From a virus: DNA of 64,000 bases. This document shows positions 18,083 to 30,067 of this stretch, piece after piece (the first letter of the stretch is position 1; the number at the start of each line of letters is the position of its first letter). The stretch is taken from positions 20,827-84,826 of the IMG/VR virus record IMGVR_UViG_3300044691_000371; one strand, given 5' to 3'. The translations under genes and the position numbers were made by a program. The notes beneath the pieces are model-generated. The model was not told where the DNA came from and ran no database searches. It worked only from the letters and a program-made list of their open reading frames with translations.

Positions 18083-18641
18083 TTTATTTTATTTTTTAGT
18101 GTGTGATTATTATCCTACTTCAAATCCTTTATCCCATGCTTTTGTTAGGGTCAAATCGTTCATTTTATGTGTTTCAATAGGGCTTAAAACTATATCACCA
18201 TCTCCCCGTTCAATGTTAACTGAATTGATTGATAGGTAATCATCTGTTGATTCTGTATAAGCCCACATAAAGACTTCGCTTTCCTTGTTTGGCACTTGAT
18301 TAAGCAACTCTATAAGAGTTTTAACGGTCATTACTCTAAATATTTAATGTTTGTGTATGTAAATTCATAATATGAATCATTATCGCCTTCGCCTTGATAC
18401 CATTCACCTGAAATATCTACTAATATCCAGCTCCCATTATTGACAGCAATAAATTGATCGTAGTTATTATCGAATAAATCTTTTTGAAGTTCTTCAATTA
18501 AGTTTGTGTTTAAAACGCCTTCATAAATATGATGAAATCCATTTAACAAAGGCTGAATCATATCATCTTCGTCTTTTTCAATCCATATTTCAGCTTGAAA
18601 CTTACAATCGAATTTATTCATTTAGCTTCTTATTTGAATTT

Positions 18642-18674
18642 CAAAGGTAAACAAAAAGTTTTTGTATTTGCAAA
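18642..18674 (-). promoter_or_regulatory. Repeated phage promoter copy
   Basis: TTTGCAAATACAAAAAC, 21-nt spacer, TACCTTTG. Confidence 0.65.
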
Positions 18675-18679
18675 TTAAT

Positions 18680-19234
18680 TTAAAGGTATTGCGTTCTGAT
18701 AGCGTTACATTCAGATGGTGTAAGCCAAACATCTATGGCGTGAAACCCTATCGTTTGAAGCTGAAAAACGGCCTCTACGCTGAACTTACTGCAAACTTCT
18801 CGTGGTGCTAAGTTCATTCCAAATTCGTGCATGACATTGCAAATATGATGATCTTCGTTTAACGTTCCGTTCCAGGTTCCTTTGTCAATTATCTGCATCA
18901 TTGCTTTTGGATTACGTATTGATAGTCCTCCGTTTCCTCCGTGTTCCTGCCATGCCCATGGCGCACCGCAATAGTCCCACTCTAAAAAGTCCTCTATCCC
19001 TGTTCTAAGCAATCCTGAATCGTGTTGGAATATAAGTACTCTCTCCGATAAAATATTTCGCCACAGACGCTTAGAAAGCATTAAGCGGTTATAATCACCT
19101 ATTGAATTGATTGGCTCGTTTTTGATGTGATAGATTTCACAGTCTTTCGGCAAATACTTTTCGTGATTTTCGATTATTTGTGTTAATCCTGGTATCTCGC
19201 GATTTTCAATAATTAATGCCGAAAAACTTTGCAT
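18680..19234 (-). CDS. DUF5672-like glycosyltransferase-related protein
   Basis: YNRLML, VLIFQHDS, WDYCGAPW, GNGGLSIR, NED and FSVE motifs. Confidence 0.8.
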   Translation of the reverse strand: MQSFSALIIENREIPGLTQIIENHEKYLPKDCEIYHIKNEPINSIGDYNRLMLSKRLWRNILSERVLIFQHDSGLLRTGIEDFLEWDYCGAPWAWQEHGGNGGLSIRNPKAMMQIIDKGTWNGTLNEDHHICNVMHEFGMNLAPREVCSKFSVEAVFQLQTIGFHAIDVWLTPSECNAIRTQYL

Positions 19235-19236
19235 AG

Positions 19237-19992
19237 TTAAAATATTACATCTTTTGGATAATTGAAATGTTGGCGAAGTATTTCTGGTAGTTGTGTTTTG
19301 TCAAAATCGGTTGCTTGTGGCCATAAATTATGCGAAACGAGGTGAAGACCAAGCGGTATTTCCATGCCAGGTTGCCAGCGTTCATATACGTCTGTTAACC
19401 AATTAGGACGAATTTCTGACTTATGGCCGTGAATTAATAGCTTGTAACGCATTATTTCCATTCTTTGAGCGCATCCAAAATGATAAACAGTTCCATCTAC
19501 AACGTCCCATCCTTCGCAATCCCTATTATGTAAATTATGAAACCTTATAGGAGTAAATGAATCGTAGCAGGCATGATTAAATGATTTCCAAAAATTGATA
19601 TATCTGGAAAACCCTATATTTCTTTTAGTTGATTGCCAACACTGTTCAATCTGTTCGTCAATATCACCGAAAACTTCATCCGCATCGAAAACTAAAATTC
19701 CGTCATATTTACCGTCTTCTGCTATCTTGAATATTTTCCCTCTATGAACACCCTCTTGTCCTGCATCAACATTCACCCACTTTACTTTATTTGATGCGCT
19801 ATAAGCTATATTCATTAAATCGCTTTCGCTTTCTGGGCAACTTATATTCGTTCCATGTCCGTGGCTTGGTTTTGATGTATAAAGCACTATTATTTCTTCG
19901 CAATATCTTGCCGCTGATCTTATCGCACAGTCCAAATATTCCCCACCATAATGTAAAATTAATTCGCCGAGGACACGTTTATTATTTTCCAT
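19237..19992 (-). CDS. Glycosyltransferase family 2-like
   Basis: YLDCAIRS, EIIVL, ILVFDADE (DxD) and YHFG motifs. Confidence 0.75.
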   Translation of the reverse strand: MENNKRVLGELILHYGGEYLDCAIRSAARYCEEIIVLYTSKPSHGHGTNISCPESESDLMNIAYSASNKVKWVNVDAGQEGVHRGKIFKIAEDGKYDGILVFDADEVFGDIDEQIEQCWQSTKRNIGFSRYINFWKSFNHACYDSFTPIRFHNLHNRDCEGWDVVDGTVYHFGCAQRMEIMRYKLLIHGHKSEIRPNWLTDVYERWQPGMEIPLGLHLVSHNLWPQATDFDKTQLPEILRQHFNYPKDVIF

Positions 19993-20307
19993 TACAAATT
20001 ATATTCTAAAAAATCAATTGCTGTTTGTGCTGAAACGCGCCATGCATTAGCTTGTTTTTCGGTTAATTCGTTAGTGAAAAACTGATCTGATTTAGGCAAG
20101 TCTTCACCTTTAAATGATTTACTCCCAACCGCTACACAATAATCATCATACATTTTGCGGGCCAATTGTTCTTTTTTGCTTAATGTGCTTGGCATATTAT
20201 AAAATTTAATATTTGTTTCTTGTGGTTTTATTTCACCGGCGTACAATTCAGTTACATAAGTCCCATTAGTTTCGATGGCTAATTGCTTGAATATGATTGC
20301 TTCTTTT

Positions 20308-21243
20308 TTAGTTTCCATTGTATTTGTTATAAAGATTCAAAATTTCTTCGCCCATTTTTTCAAATGAAAATTTTTCTTGTGCTAATTTATGTCCTAAAAA
20401 TGCAATTTGTTTTCGTTCATTTTCATGTTGTAGGTAATAGTTAATTTTGTTTTTTAAATCATTTAAATCATCAAAAACATCTAAATGAGTCCCTATTTCA
20501 AAATCTTTTTCAATTCCTTTATATCTATGGCTTAAAACCATTATTCCTACTCCAATCATGCGAAATAATCTATCGCTACTGTATCTATCACTATCAAAAT
20601 GACTTAAATTGATTCCTATTTTTGCACCTCTGTAAACTGCTGCTTCGCCTCTTTGATCGCTCATGAATTGTCCTCCGTCTGGTTGACCGCTTCCAAATGC
20701 TTTAAACCTTTCGCTATAGGTTCGCTTTAATTCCTTTACCATTTCACGCCTTAAACCTGACAATGGAAATTGACTAAATGTATTACCGAAAAAAACTATC
20801 TCCGCTAAACTATTTACCGGCCCAATATTGCTATAAATATCTGGACTTATGCCAATTTGAAGAAAATCTGCATCATATCCACATTTCCGCATAATGTCAA
20901 CATCTTCGGTATTGCTAAATGTAGATAAATCAAATCCCCATTTAGCGTAATTAAAATAACATTCCGGTAGGATATTTCTCTTATCTCCGCTCCACCCAAT
21001 TACATATCCACCATTATCTTTTAAAGCTTTAATAGCTTCTGGACTAATCCCTTCTGATTGGATTTGCACCCAAATCAAATCCGGATTATACGTATTAGCA
21101 ACATTAATTATTTGAAAATTCAAATCCAGTGATTGAGATGCTATTTCTCTGTATTCCCAACCTTGTGATTCAAATGCTTTCTTTAATCCTAATCCATGAT
21201 GATCTGGAATGCAACTCATTCCTATATGTAATGCTTTTTTCAT
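20308..21243 (-). CDS. GT-B glycosyltransferase (CgeB/YkvP-like, Glyco_trans_1_2)
   Basis: IVFFGN, AKIGINLSH, SDRLF and DLKNKINYYLQHENERKQIA motifs. Confidence 0.85.
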   Translation of the reverse strand: MKKALHIGMSCIPDHHGLGLKKAFESQGWEYREIASQSLDLNFQIINVANTYNPDLIWVQIQSEGISPEAIKALKDNGGYVIGWSGDKRNILPECYFNYAKWGFDLSTFSNTEDVDIMRKCGYDADFLQIGISPDIYSNIGPVNSLAEIVFFGNTFSQFPLSGLRREMVKELKRTYSERFKAFGSGQPDGGQFMSDQRGEAAVYRGAKIGINLSHFDSDRYSSDRLFRMIGVGIMVLSHRYKGIEKDFEIGTHLDVFDDLNDLKNKINYYLQHENERKQIAFLGHKLAQEKFSFEKMGEEILNLYNKYNGN

Positions 21244-22007
21244 GCGTAAATTAAAGATGTATAATTTTTATTTTGACCTCCTAATTGTGCTCTTAAAGCT
21301 GAATAGGTTATATCTTTTTTAAATGTATAACTTTCATAAGCGTCTTTTAAGCTATCGTAATAAATGCCATTTTCAAGATTAATAATCATCTTTTTTAGAT
21401 GATTTCCTATTTTATGTTTGCACTCTTCTGGCATTATTTTACCAATGTTGCCTTTGCTTATTTTGCTTTTTGTTTCTTGCGAATGCTTTCTGCCTAACAT
21501 ATAAGTATTACCATTATTTCTAATCAATAATGCTTTTCTTGCTTCATCTGAAAAAACATGTCCCCTTTTACCATTGCTTATATTTAATCTCGATTCTTCT
21601 GACATTTTATGTCCAGTTTTTGATTGGCTTATTTTTAAACTTGTTTCTTTAGAAACAATTTTTCCTTTATGAGCTTTGCCTATTTTTTCTCTTGTTTCTT
21701 TTGAAGGGCTTCCATTTGCTCCGCCTTCTTGCAAATTTAATCCATGATCTGTATTGAATGTTTTATAAAATGCTATCCAATAAATCTCACGTTCGTTTAG
21801 TTTTTCTTTACTGCATTCTTCAATGATTTCAAAAATGTGATTATCTGGCCCATATTTTAATAAAGAATTATAAATTCTAGATTGACTTTTGCATCTTAAT
21901 TTAAGATAATCTGAAAATCTTCCAATAATATTAAATGCTTGACCAATATAGATATTCCCGTTTGGACTTGTAATCTTGTAAATGCCACAAATTTTCTTTC
22001 TTGCCAT
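21240..22007 (-). CDS. Free-standing GIY-YIG homing endonuclease with NUMOD3 repeats (I-TevI-like)
   Basis: GIYKITSPNGNIYIGQ, LNEREIYWI, repeated SKETREKIG/HSQETKSKIS; probable ATG at 22007. Confidence 0.9.
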   Translation of the reverse strand: MARKKICGIYKITSPNGNIYIGQAFNIIGRFSDYLKLRCKSQSRIYNSLLKYGPDNHIFEIIEECSKEKLNEREIYWIAFYKTFNTDHGLNLQEGGANGSPSKETREKIGKAHKGKIVSKETSLKISQSKTGHKMSEESRLNISNGKRGHVFSDEARKALLIRNNGNTYMLGRKHSQETKSKISKGNIGKIMPEECKHKIGNHLKKMIINLENGIYYDSLKDAYESYTFKKDITYSALRAQLGGQNKNYTSLIYA

Positions 22008-22830
22008 AACAAAATACCCGATCAATACAAAGGCAGTCCAGTCGCACGAAAGTGCTAAGGCAATGTATCAACCGGGATATTTTTAGTTTTTTCATAACTG
22101 AACTGCGATACTAAATTAAAGTTTTTATATTAAATAGCAAATATTTGTTTTGATACGTTTTTTAATCACTTCAAAACAACTTCTTATTGTTATTGAATTT
22201 ATACCTTCAAAAATTATCGTTCGTTATATCGCTTTAAAATGCGTTAAATAGTGAAAGGCATTTAAACGCTATGTAAATACCTAAAATTATAAATGTTAGT
22301 ACTGAGGCTTTTGATTTTCGTTCGTAAACAACTTCAAATATCCCATCTAAATAAGCAAATGCAAAAAACATTAAAATCAATTTTAATATTTCAATTTCTA
22401 TTCTCATTTTCTTGTCTTTGAGCTATCCCTAATCTGATTAAAAGACCATCAGCGTAATCAACTGCACAATTTATGTCATCTTCCATCGGCCTTTCTGATT
22501 TTCCGTTTGCAATTAACGTATTTAAAAACTGTGTTGACAAATTCAATCTCATTTGCGCGATGTTTGCCTGTAATTGCTGATTGATTTGATCTTGTGTTGG
22601 CTTTGCTTGTGTTGGCCGTCTGTCTGCAAACTGGCTTGCATTAGGTAATTTATTACTCATATTGTTGTTTTATTTGATTTCTTCCCAAATTGTTAAATCA
22701 TCTTCTGATGTTGGCTTTGGATTAGCTATTAACTTAAATTTTGTTTTACACCTCTTACACCAAGCTTTTGTAGGTAATGAAGTTGCATTAAACCTCAAAT
22801 CATGTGTGAATAGTCTACAAATTATATTTT

Positions 22831-23439
22831 TCATAATGCTATCGGTGGTAAAAAATGATATGGCCGTTGTATTCTTACACTCCCATCATAGCTTTTCTCC
22901 CCGGCGTGTAAATGATAACTTTTTATTGTCAATGATGGATTTGATATTTGGTATCCAACATTCATTAATTCCCAATTCTGGCGATTATCACATCCTGGGA
23001 TGCCGAGCCAATGATCTGTGAACTTTGGTATTCTTATTTTTCCTTTGAATAGCCAGCTATCCGTACAATCCTTTCGGCCAACAAATGTAATTGGCCCATT
23101 TTTACTTACATCATATCGCGTTAATGCCCAACATTCATTCTCTTTTGGAAACATTGTCAATTCGTCAAAGTAAATATCTGAATTTGAAACACAATTTATA
23201 TCTGCATCCCCTGTAATGTTATTTATCGCATTAAAGAAAGTTCTGAATGTCGGCCTTACGGTTACAGGCAACAAAACTATATTCGTTAATTCTTTAGGAA
23301 TAAATGTTATGTTTTCCGATTGCTCACCCAAAACAAATATCGTATCAAAAACATTTGAGTTTCTTTTTAAACACTCAACCAGTTCGTTTACTCGCTGAAT
23401 GTTCTTTTCAGGATATAGGGATATGTAAAGATTTATCAT
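22831..23439 (-). CDS. Glycosyltransferase-like hypothetical protein
   Basis: ELVECLKRN, NSDIYF, ALTRYD, GIPGCDNR and SYHLH; GT-A-like pattern. Confidence 0.55.
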   Translation of the reverse strand: MINLYISLYPEKNIQRVNELVECLKRNSNVFDTIFVLGEQSENITFIPKELTNIVLLPVTVRPTFRTFFNAINNITGDADINCVSNSDIYFDELTMFPKENECWALTRYDVSKNGPITFVGRKDCTDSWLFKGKIRIPKFTDHWLGIPGCDNRQNWELMNVGYQISNPSLTIKSYHLHAGEKSYDGSVRIQRPYHFLPPIAL

Positions 23440-23956
23440 TTCAATAATATTTCTCTTTAAATTCCTTTAATTCATCAAATGCTTTTCCGAAATCGTAATT
23501 GGGATTCATTATATTATTTAAAGGCTTTTTTAGCTCTTTAAGTATTTTAATGAGTTGGCGTTCATTTTCTGACATACAAGAAATAACTAAATCATAATTT
23601 GGACTCTCAATAACATCGTCTATTTTTGCCCAATTCAATCCAAACCCCTTTTTACTAAACTTTTTATATTGAGATTTAAATATTTGATCTTTTGTTTTCA
23701 TGAAAGTAGTTCTATTGTATCCCCCAAATCATCTACATTAATAATTTCATCCCCTTCAAAATCGCACACTATTGCGTTTGGGTCGCAATCTTCTAAAATG
23801 TCTATTAACTGTTCAACGGTCATTTTATTTCTTTTAAAATAGGTTCAACAAATCCAGCCCAAACTAATTCAAATTCCTTTTTACATTTATCACATTTGAA
23901 ATCTAAATTCTCCAATTCTATTAAAAACAATTGACAATGTGGGCATACTGGTTTTG

Positions 23957-24277
23957 TCATTCTATTCGAATATTAATTGTTTGTTTCCCTTCAATTTCGA
24001 TATCTTGGCGTGGTGCCCCGTATCTTGAATCCATTAAAACTTTATAAGCTTGTGAATCTGATTCCCTCGCTGCTCTTATTTGGGCTAACGTTATCAAATC
24101 TTCTTGAGATAACATTTCTTCAACTCCGCTTAATGGATTCTTTGCCTTTATTTCAACGTCAAGCCACTTTTTAGCTATCGTTGCCCTGTTCTTTACTCCT
24201 GCTGGTCTTCCATTTTTTTCCGGTTGGTTTTCAGGTGTAAATACTTTTCCTACTTTATTACCCTTTTGAAATGGCAT
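23957..24277 (-). CDS. terS: Terminase small subunit-like protein
   Basis: PFQKGN...NGRPAG, AYKVLMDSRYGAPRQ and C-terminal TINIRIE typical of this TerS type. Confidence 0.7.
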   Translation of the reverse strand: MPFQKGNKVGKVFTPENQPEKNGRPAGVKNRATIAKKWLDVEIKAKNPLSGVEEMLSQEDLITLAQIRAARESDSQAYKVLMDSRYGAPRQDIEIEGKQTINIRIE

Positions 24278-25605
24278 GTCGTTACTGTGTCGTTTTGTGT
24301 AGCTTCAAAGTTAGTATTTAAATATGCAAACTTGCAATTTTATTTTTGTTTTACTTTTATCGTTTCCTTTGTTGAAGGCATTCAATTCTATGAATTTTGT
24401 CTACTTGTTTAATAAATCTGATATAGGTTGATCTAAATAAAATTCTTATTGTACCTATCGGTATATTATGTGAATATGCTGAATGTTTTTGCATTTTAAG
24501 TTGCTATCGCTTTTAATATTTGATTGTGATGGGTTCTGTATCTTGCATTTGCTTTTCTTAATTCTTGATGCTGCCATCTATCTTCGCCTGTAAGTATCTT
24601 TAAAGCTATTGTTACGTTGTATTCTTCAACTGAATACCTGCTTCTACAATACCTCCATTCAGGCCCATAAACTATATTTGTTTTGGTGTCTATCATCTCT
24701 GAATAGCCGTGAACGTTTGTGAATTTAAAACGCTTTCTGAATTTTTTAAGCAATTTAGTTTTCATTTGTTTAATTAGTTAGTCTTCCCACGCATATAATT
24801 CGTCAAACTCTTTTTCATCCATTTTTGTGTACTCAATCCCTGTAACCTCTTTTCGCGGTATTTCAAGTGATTTCAATATCCCTTTTATTTCGCCCTCTTG
24901 TTTATACTGTTCGGGCGTTAATATCAATGTATTATAATTTAAAAAGGTTATTTTGATTACATCTATTTGATTCATAAGCTATTAAATATATATTTCGCCT
25001 TTTAGCTTTTTTAAAGTTTAACCCTTTTGTTAGTTGGCATCCATGTTCTTGTGCTATGGTTTTTAAGGAACTTATTAAATTCGTTTTCCTTTGCCTGTAA
25101 TTCTTTATCGTAATCCCAATTTTCGCTTAATTTGTCTTGAAAAAGTTCTGAAATATTTATTTCGCCGAAGCTCGTTTCTTCACATAAAACTAATCTTAAT
25201 TGATCGATAGTTATCCAATTATTAGAATTTTCAATATCGCTATTTAAATCTTCTAAATAATCTTCAATTTCGTCTTGGCTAAAAAAGTATTTATCATCGC
25301 TATCGTATAGATGAAGGCAAGCTTTACCGTCCCATTCAACTAATTTAAGCTTTTCGAAATTTTCAGCGTCTTTCTTATTTTGGCAATCGAAACAATATTT
25401 TTGATATGTATAATCTTTCTCAAATTCAATTCCGCAATCAATACAGTCTGCGTGTGTAGCTAATTGATCTTTACTTATCCTATCAGCCCAATATGTTATC
25501 CCATTAGCTGTAAACGTGTTTTGTTCGCGTTTTTCTTTACCTTCAATAATATCTTTTAGATTTACTTTAGGATTTGGTTCTTTCAATTGTGAATTTTTCA
25601 TCTTC

Positions 25606-26157
25606 TTATTCTTTCGGTTTCTTTTTTCCTAACCAACAATTAAACCCCTCTTTTTTAAGTCTTTCGTATAAAACTTCTTGGCTTGCAAGGCTATCAAATT
25701 CAACTGTTAACAAAATATGTTTCGGATTTGTGGCCTCAAAATTTACGCTTGTTGTTGCCTTTTCTGGTTCAGTTTCCCATAATCCAAATAACGATATATC
25801 GCCCCAATTTTCATTGAGTTGCGTCCAATCCCAATCACCACTATTAACATTATCGCGGATGGAGTACTCTTTTAGCTTCTCTACTGTCGTTTCGGGTGGC
25901 AATACAAAGCATAACACCTCTTTATATTTTAAGTCCTTATACAGCCCCAGACGTTGGTTACCAGCTATCACAACATAGTTATCTTCAAAAGGATAAACTA
26001 ATAAGCATTTCCATTCGGCTATCTCCGGGCTTTCTACAATTGATTTTCGTAATGCATCTTTTGCGCCGCTCGTTATCTTGCGTGGGTTTTTAGGCAATCC
26101 AGATATCTGCCCATTATTACCCTTTAGCTTAGATATTTTTATTAATTGTTGCTGCAT
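25606..26157 (-). CDS. ParB/Srx-like N-terminal domain protein
   Basis: PKNPRKI, LRKSI, VIAGNQRL and DNVNSGDWD motifs. Confidence 0.8.
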   Translation of the reverse strand: MQQQLIKISKLKGNNGQISGLPKNPRKITSGAKDALRKSIVESPEIAEWKCLLVYPFEDNYVVIAGNQRLGLYKDLKYKEVLCFVLPPETTVEKLKEYSIRDNVNSGDWDWTQLNENWGDISLFGLWETEPEKATTSVNFEATNPKHILLTVEFDSLASQEVLYERLKKEGFNCWLGKKKPKE

Positions 26158-27730
26158 CTTAATTATAATTTTCAATTTTGTTTAAAGGCTTAATTAAAAG
26201 CTTATGACGCTCTTTTTTGCCTTGTTTCATGAACTGATATTCGATTGAACCAACACAATAGGCAACCGAAGCAAATAAGGTTGTAATTACAAATAACTCT
26301 CCTAAATCGGCCTGTTTTCCTATCGCTAAAACTGTAAACATTATCAGCAATGTTTTGCCAATGTACTTTATCGTAAAAATTATTTTCATTGCTTCAATAG
26401 TTTAATTGTTAGTTTTTACTTGCTGTTTTTGCTTTGGCCGGTTTAGCCTTTAATTTATTTTCAAAAATGATAGCTGATTGTTGGTAAATGCTGTCTAATT
26501 TATCGCGAAGTATTCCGTCAATATGCAGTTGGTGAAGATTTTGTTGGATAATCAATGAGTTTCGGTAAATGGTTTTTACCTCATTGGAATCAAATTTAAT
26601 TGAATCGCGCTTAACCTGGGCTGTTACTGTGAATGTTAAAAGCAGGATAGTAAGTAATAGGATTGTTTTTTTCATATTAATAATCGTTTATTTTTATTGT
26701 TTTACCTTCTTTTATTAATATACAGGGTTGCACTTCTTTGCCATTTATGGTATAAAATCCATCGATCAAGCTGAATGAACCCCACGACGACTGCCAATAC
26801 GGCGGCGTCATTTTAATAATATCTTTCTTTACTATTGTGATTTTCTTTCGCCAATCCCAATTTGAAGCCTCAATATAAGTTCTCTTTAAACCCTTGCATA
26901 GGTGTTTTTTATGACTGCCGATTTCAATCCATACAGAACAATTACATGTTTCTGTAACTATTTTATAAGATGTACTGTCTTTGCCATCAAGTGAATAATA
27001 CTTGGTAGTTGTATCTCGCCATTTTTCATACCCGCAGTATCTCCAATGTTGTTTTTGCCCAAAACAGCATATTGCCAATATCAGTAAAATGGTTGTTAAT
27101 ATGATTTTTTTCATGTTTAAAAGATTAAGTAAATCAATAAATAAAGGCAAATAGTTAATAAGCTACCAACTATAATAGTTGAGGCCGCACATGTGTAGGG
27201 ATGTTCCATATCGTTAATAATTATGCGTTATCTGCTTATAAATCGCAATTACTACCAGGGTTATAGCCGCCAGTATTAAAAAGTATTTTGGCTTCATTAT
27301 TTTAATAGATCAATTCCAAAAATCATTTTATCTGGTACATGAAACATTTCTTTCCAGCTTAAAACAACGTCCTTTTTGTCAGTTTTCTCCTCAATTATCC
27401 AGGCAGGTATCCAACTTTTAAAATAAAGCTTTGCGCTTATTCCTGTTGATGTTACCTTGATAACGATCTTTTGCTGTGGTGTTTTCACTTTTAATATTTA
27501 TCAAAGTGGATAACTCCGAAATGAGCCATAGTAATTAGTGTAATAATAATTATTATCATGCCAATGATAAATACCCTTATTTGGGTCTTGTTGTCTGCGT
27601 TTTGTAATTTGTTAATTGTTTTCATGATGTAATATTTTAAAATTGTTGTTTGCTTTTAGAAATAGTACGCTGCACTTGCTTTTTATTGCCGGACTTCCGC
27701 GTACTATCTTTTATTCTTTGTTTTACGAAT

Positions 27731-27761
27731 CAAATGTATAAATAGTTTTCGTAATTGCAAA
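27731..27761 (-). promoter_or_regulatory. Repeated phage promoter copy
   Basis: AAAGTTTGCAATTACGAAAAC, 19-nt spacer, TACATTTG. Confidence 0.65.
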
Positions 27762-28828
27762 CTTTATTTTAAAATATTATGATTTTTTATTTCCAGATGG
27801 AATAATGTTTCGTTTTCACTGAAATTTTGAAGTTTTTTATTTTCACCTGAAAATAGAAAATGATAGGTATTACTGAATTTAAAGGGGTCTTCCCAATCAA
27901 GTTTTAACTTGCTATCAATATATTCGTTGCTCAAAATCCTAACTCCTTTTCATCGATAAATTCAGTGATGATATATCCTTTGTCTGAATCGTTAGCTATA
28001 ATTAAGTTATTAGAATAGCCTTTTTTTTCGATATTTATTAAGTCTTGCTCCTGAATATCTTCAACGTTTAATTTAGGTTCTTCCATAATTAATTAAATAT
28101 AAAAACTTCTTTATTCTGCTGCTTAAACTCTCTTTCGCGTATTCCTGATGCTAATTTTAAATAAACCTGCTTATTATCTATTGTCGATGTAAAATATATT
28201 TCCTAGGCAATATCTTCAATCTCAAAACATTTTTCAATTGGCTTAGTAGGTTTGTGTTTAATCCTTTTGCCGTCTTGATATTGGATTAGTCTATTTCTGT
28301 GATCTTTCATAGCTTATTTGTGTGCTTCAATAAATTGGTCAAGTTTAAACTTTTTAGGATTCCAAAGTACGTTTTTATAAATGTACATGCAATCATTTAA
28401 TGCAGTTGTCATGCAATATGATAAGTCTAAAACCGGCTTTTGTCTCTTTACGCTTTCTTCCCAATTTAGACATGCTACAAGTTTTTCACCTTTGTATTCT
28501 ACCCAATTCATTGAAGGGCAATCATCTGGTAACCAATGTGGCGGTTTCCAATTTTCAAAGTTAAGATCAAAATTTTCTATCTCTTTATTTGTCATCTTGA
28601 GGGTGTTTATTTAAACCTGCTGCTTCCATTGCTCTATAAAGTTCAATTATTGCTTTTCTAACACGTTCATGTTTATTTGTATTTCCTCCGCTCATAGCAA
28701 ATCTACAGGCAAGTTTTTTAAACTTTGGTTGACTTTCCATAAGGATAATATACGGATCGCTATTACCGCCCCATTCCATCCAAAAATGACAATCAGTTAT
28801 ATCGCAATCATCTGTTAGTAATGCCATT

Positions 28829-29425
28829 TTATTTCCAAGTTAAGTTTAAATATGAATATGCTTTAATTAATTCCTTATCGGTTAAAAACTCTTTTATCTT
28901 CTCAAAGCGATTTAAAGCGATTTGATACACTTTCATTTTTGACCGTGTATTTGCATCTGAATCATATTTATCATGGCACTGGCAGCCTCCTAAGAATCCT
29001 GCACCCATAAATAAGATATTATCTTCATTCATTGCTATCGATTTGAAATTGCATTTTTCAAGAATATGGGCGCAGCAGCTTCTCTTCGCAAACTTATTAA
29101 ATGCTTGTAATGGTTGTCCGCAGTTTTCGCAATTATAAGGCATTCTTAAAGCTATTCGGCTATAAAATTCATCCAGTTTTTGCTTATCAGTCTTTTCTTT
29201 TTCGGTTAAAACTTTAGGCTTACTTGTGATAGTTGAACGTCCCTTATTTACCTGTTTTAAAGCTTCACGTTCAATCCAAACAAATTCGTCACCTTTAGTT
29301 ACATCTCTTGTTTTTTGATAGCATACAAACACACAATCGCCGTTCTGATCGAGTTCTACCCAGACAGGTATTCCATTTGCTGAAAGCTCTGTTCCACGTT
29401 TATATTTGGTTACTTGTGTTATCAC
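28829..29425 (-). CDS. HNH/NinG-like zinc-binding nuclease
   Basis: CENCG...AHILEK...NILF...CQCHDKYD. Confidence 0.6.
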   Translation of the reverse strand: MITQVTKYKRGTELSANGIPVWVELDQNGDCVFVCYQKTRDVTKGDEFVWIEREALKQVNKGRSTITSKPKVLTEKEKTDKQKLDEFYSRIALRMPYNCENCGQPLQAFNKFAKRSCCAHILEKCNFKSIAMNEDNILFMGAGFLGGCQCHDKYDSDANTRSKMKVYQIALNRFEKIKEFLTDKELIKAYSYLNLTWK

Positions 29426-30067
29426 CTTGTTAACTTTTTTATAAAATCCTTAATTAAATCGCCGTTAATGAATGATTTGCTACCTCCTGCATAATCTTCA
29501 TCAAAAATCTCATTTGCGTGAAGTTTATCTTTATAATTTTTTATATCTTTTTCAAGCATCAATAAAGCATCTTCATATCTTACTCTTTGGTTTTTCATAC
29601 CTTGTAAACTATTCCTTTCTGGTCAAGTATCCAGCTTTCTATTTCCGCTTGCTTTGTGGCTGGATTGTACCCAAAAAATGTAGTTTCAGGCACATAAAAA
29701 GTTCCTTGATCTTTAATGTGTAAAACCCTTGAATTACCGTACTTTACAGGCTTTTCAAGTAATGTTATCTTAGCTTTATTGCTCATCAATATCTCCCTTT
29801 ATAATTAACTGAATCGCCGTATTTAGCTACTAAAATCCCTCTGTTAGCATTCTGGTCGATGCAAACCGGCGTTCCAAACTTTGCCCAGGCTTCCCAATAT
29901 TTTGCTTTCTTTTTTGGGTGAAGTTGCTTAAAGGCTATCTTCTCTGTCTGATTGTATGTTTTCATCGTTCATCCAGTTTGGCTCGCTGTTATCAAAATAT
30001 GATTTATTAAAACCTTTGCGAATCTGATTCACAAAAAGTATAAGTAAAATGAGTAAGGCTAAATTTA

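Noticed and set aside
21240-22116. Group I intron around the GIY-YIG gene
   Set aside because: Flanking genes look complete and I could not identify P7 or other core elements.
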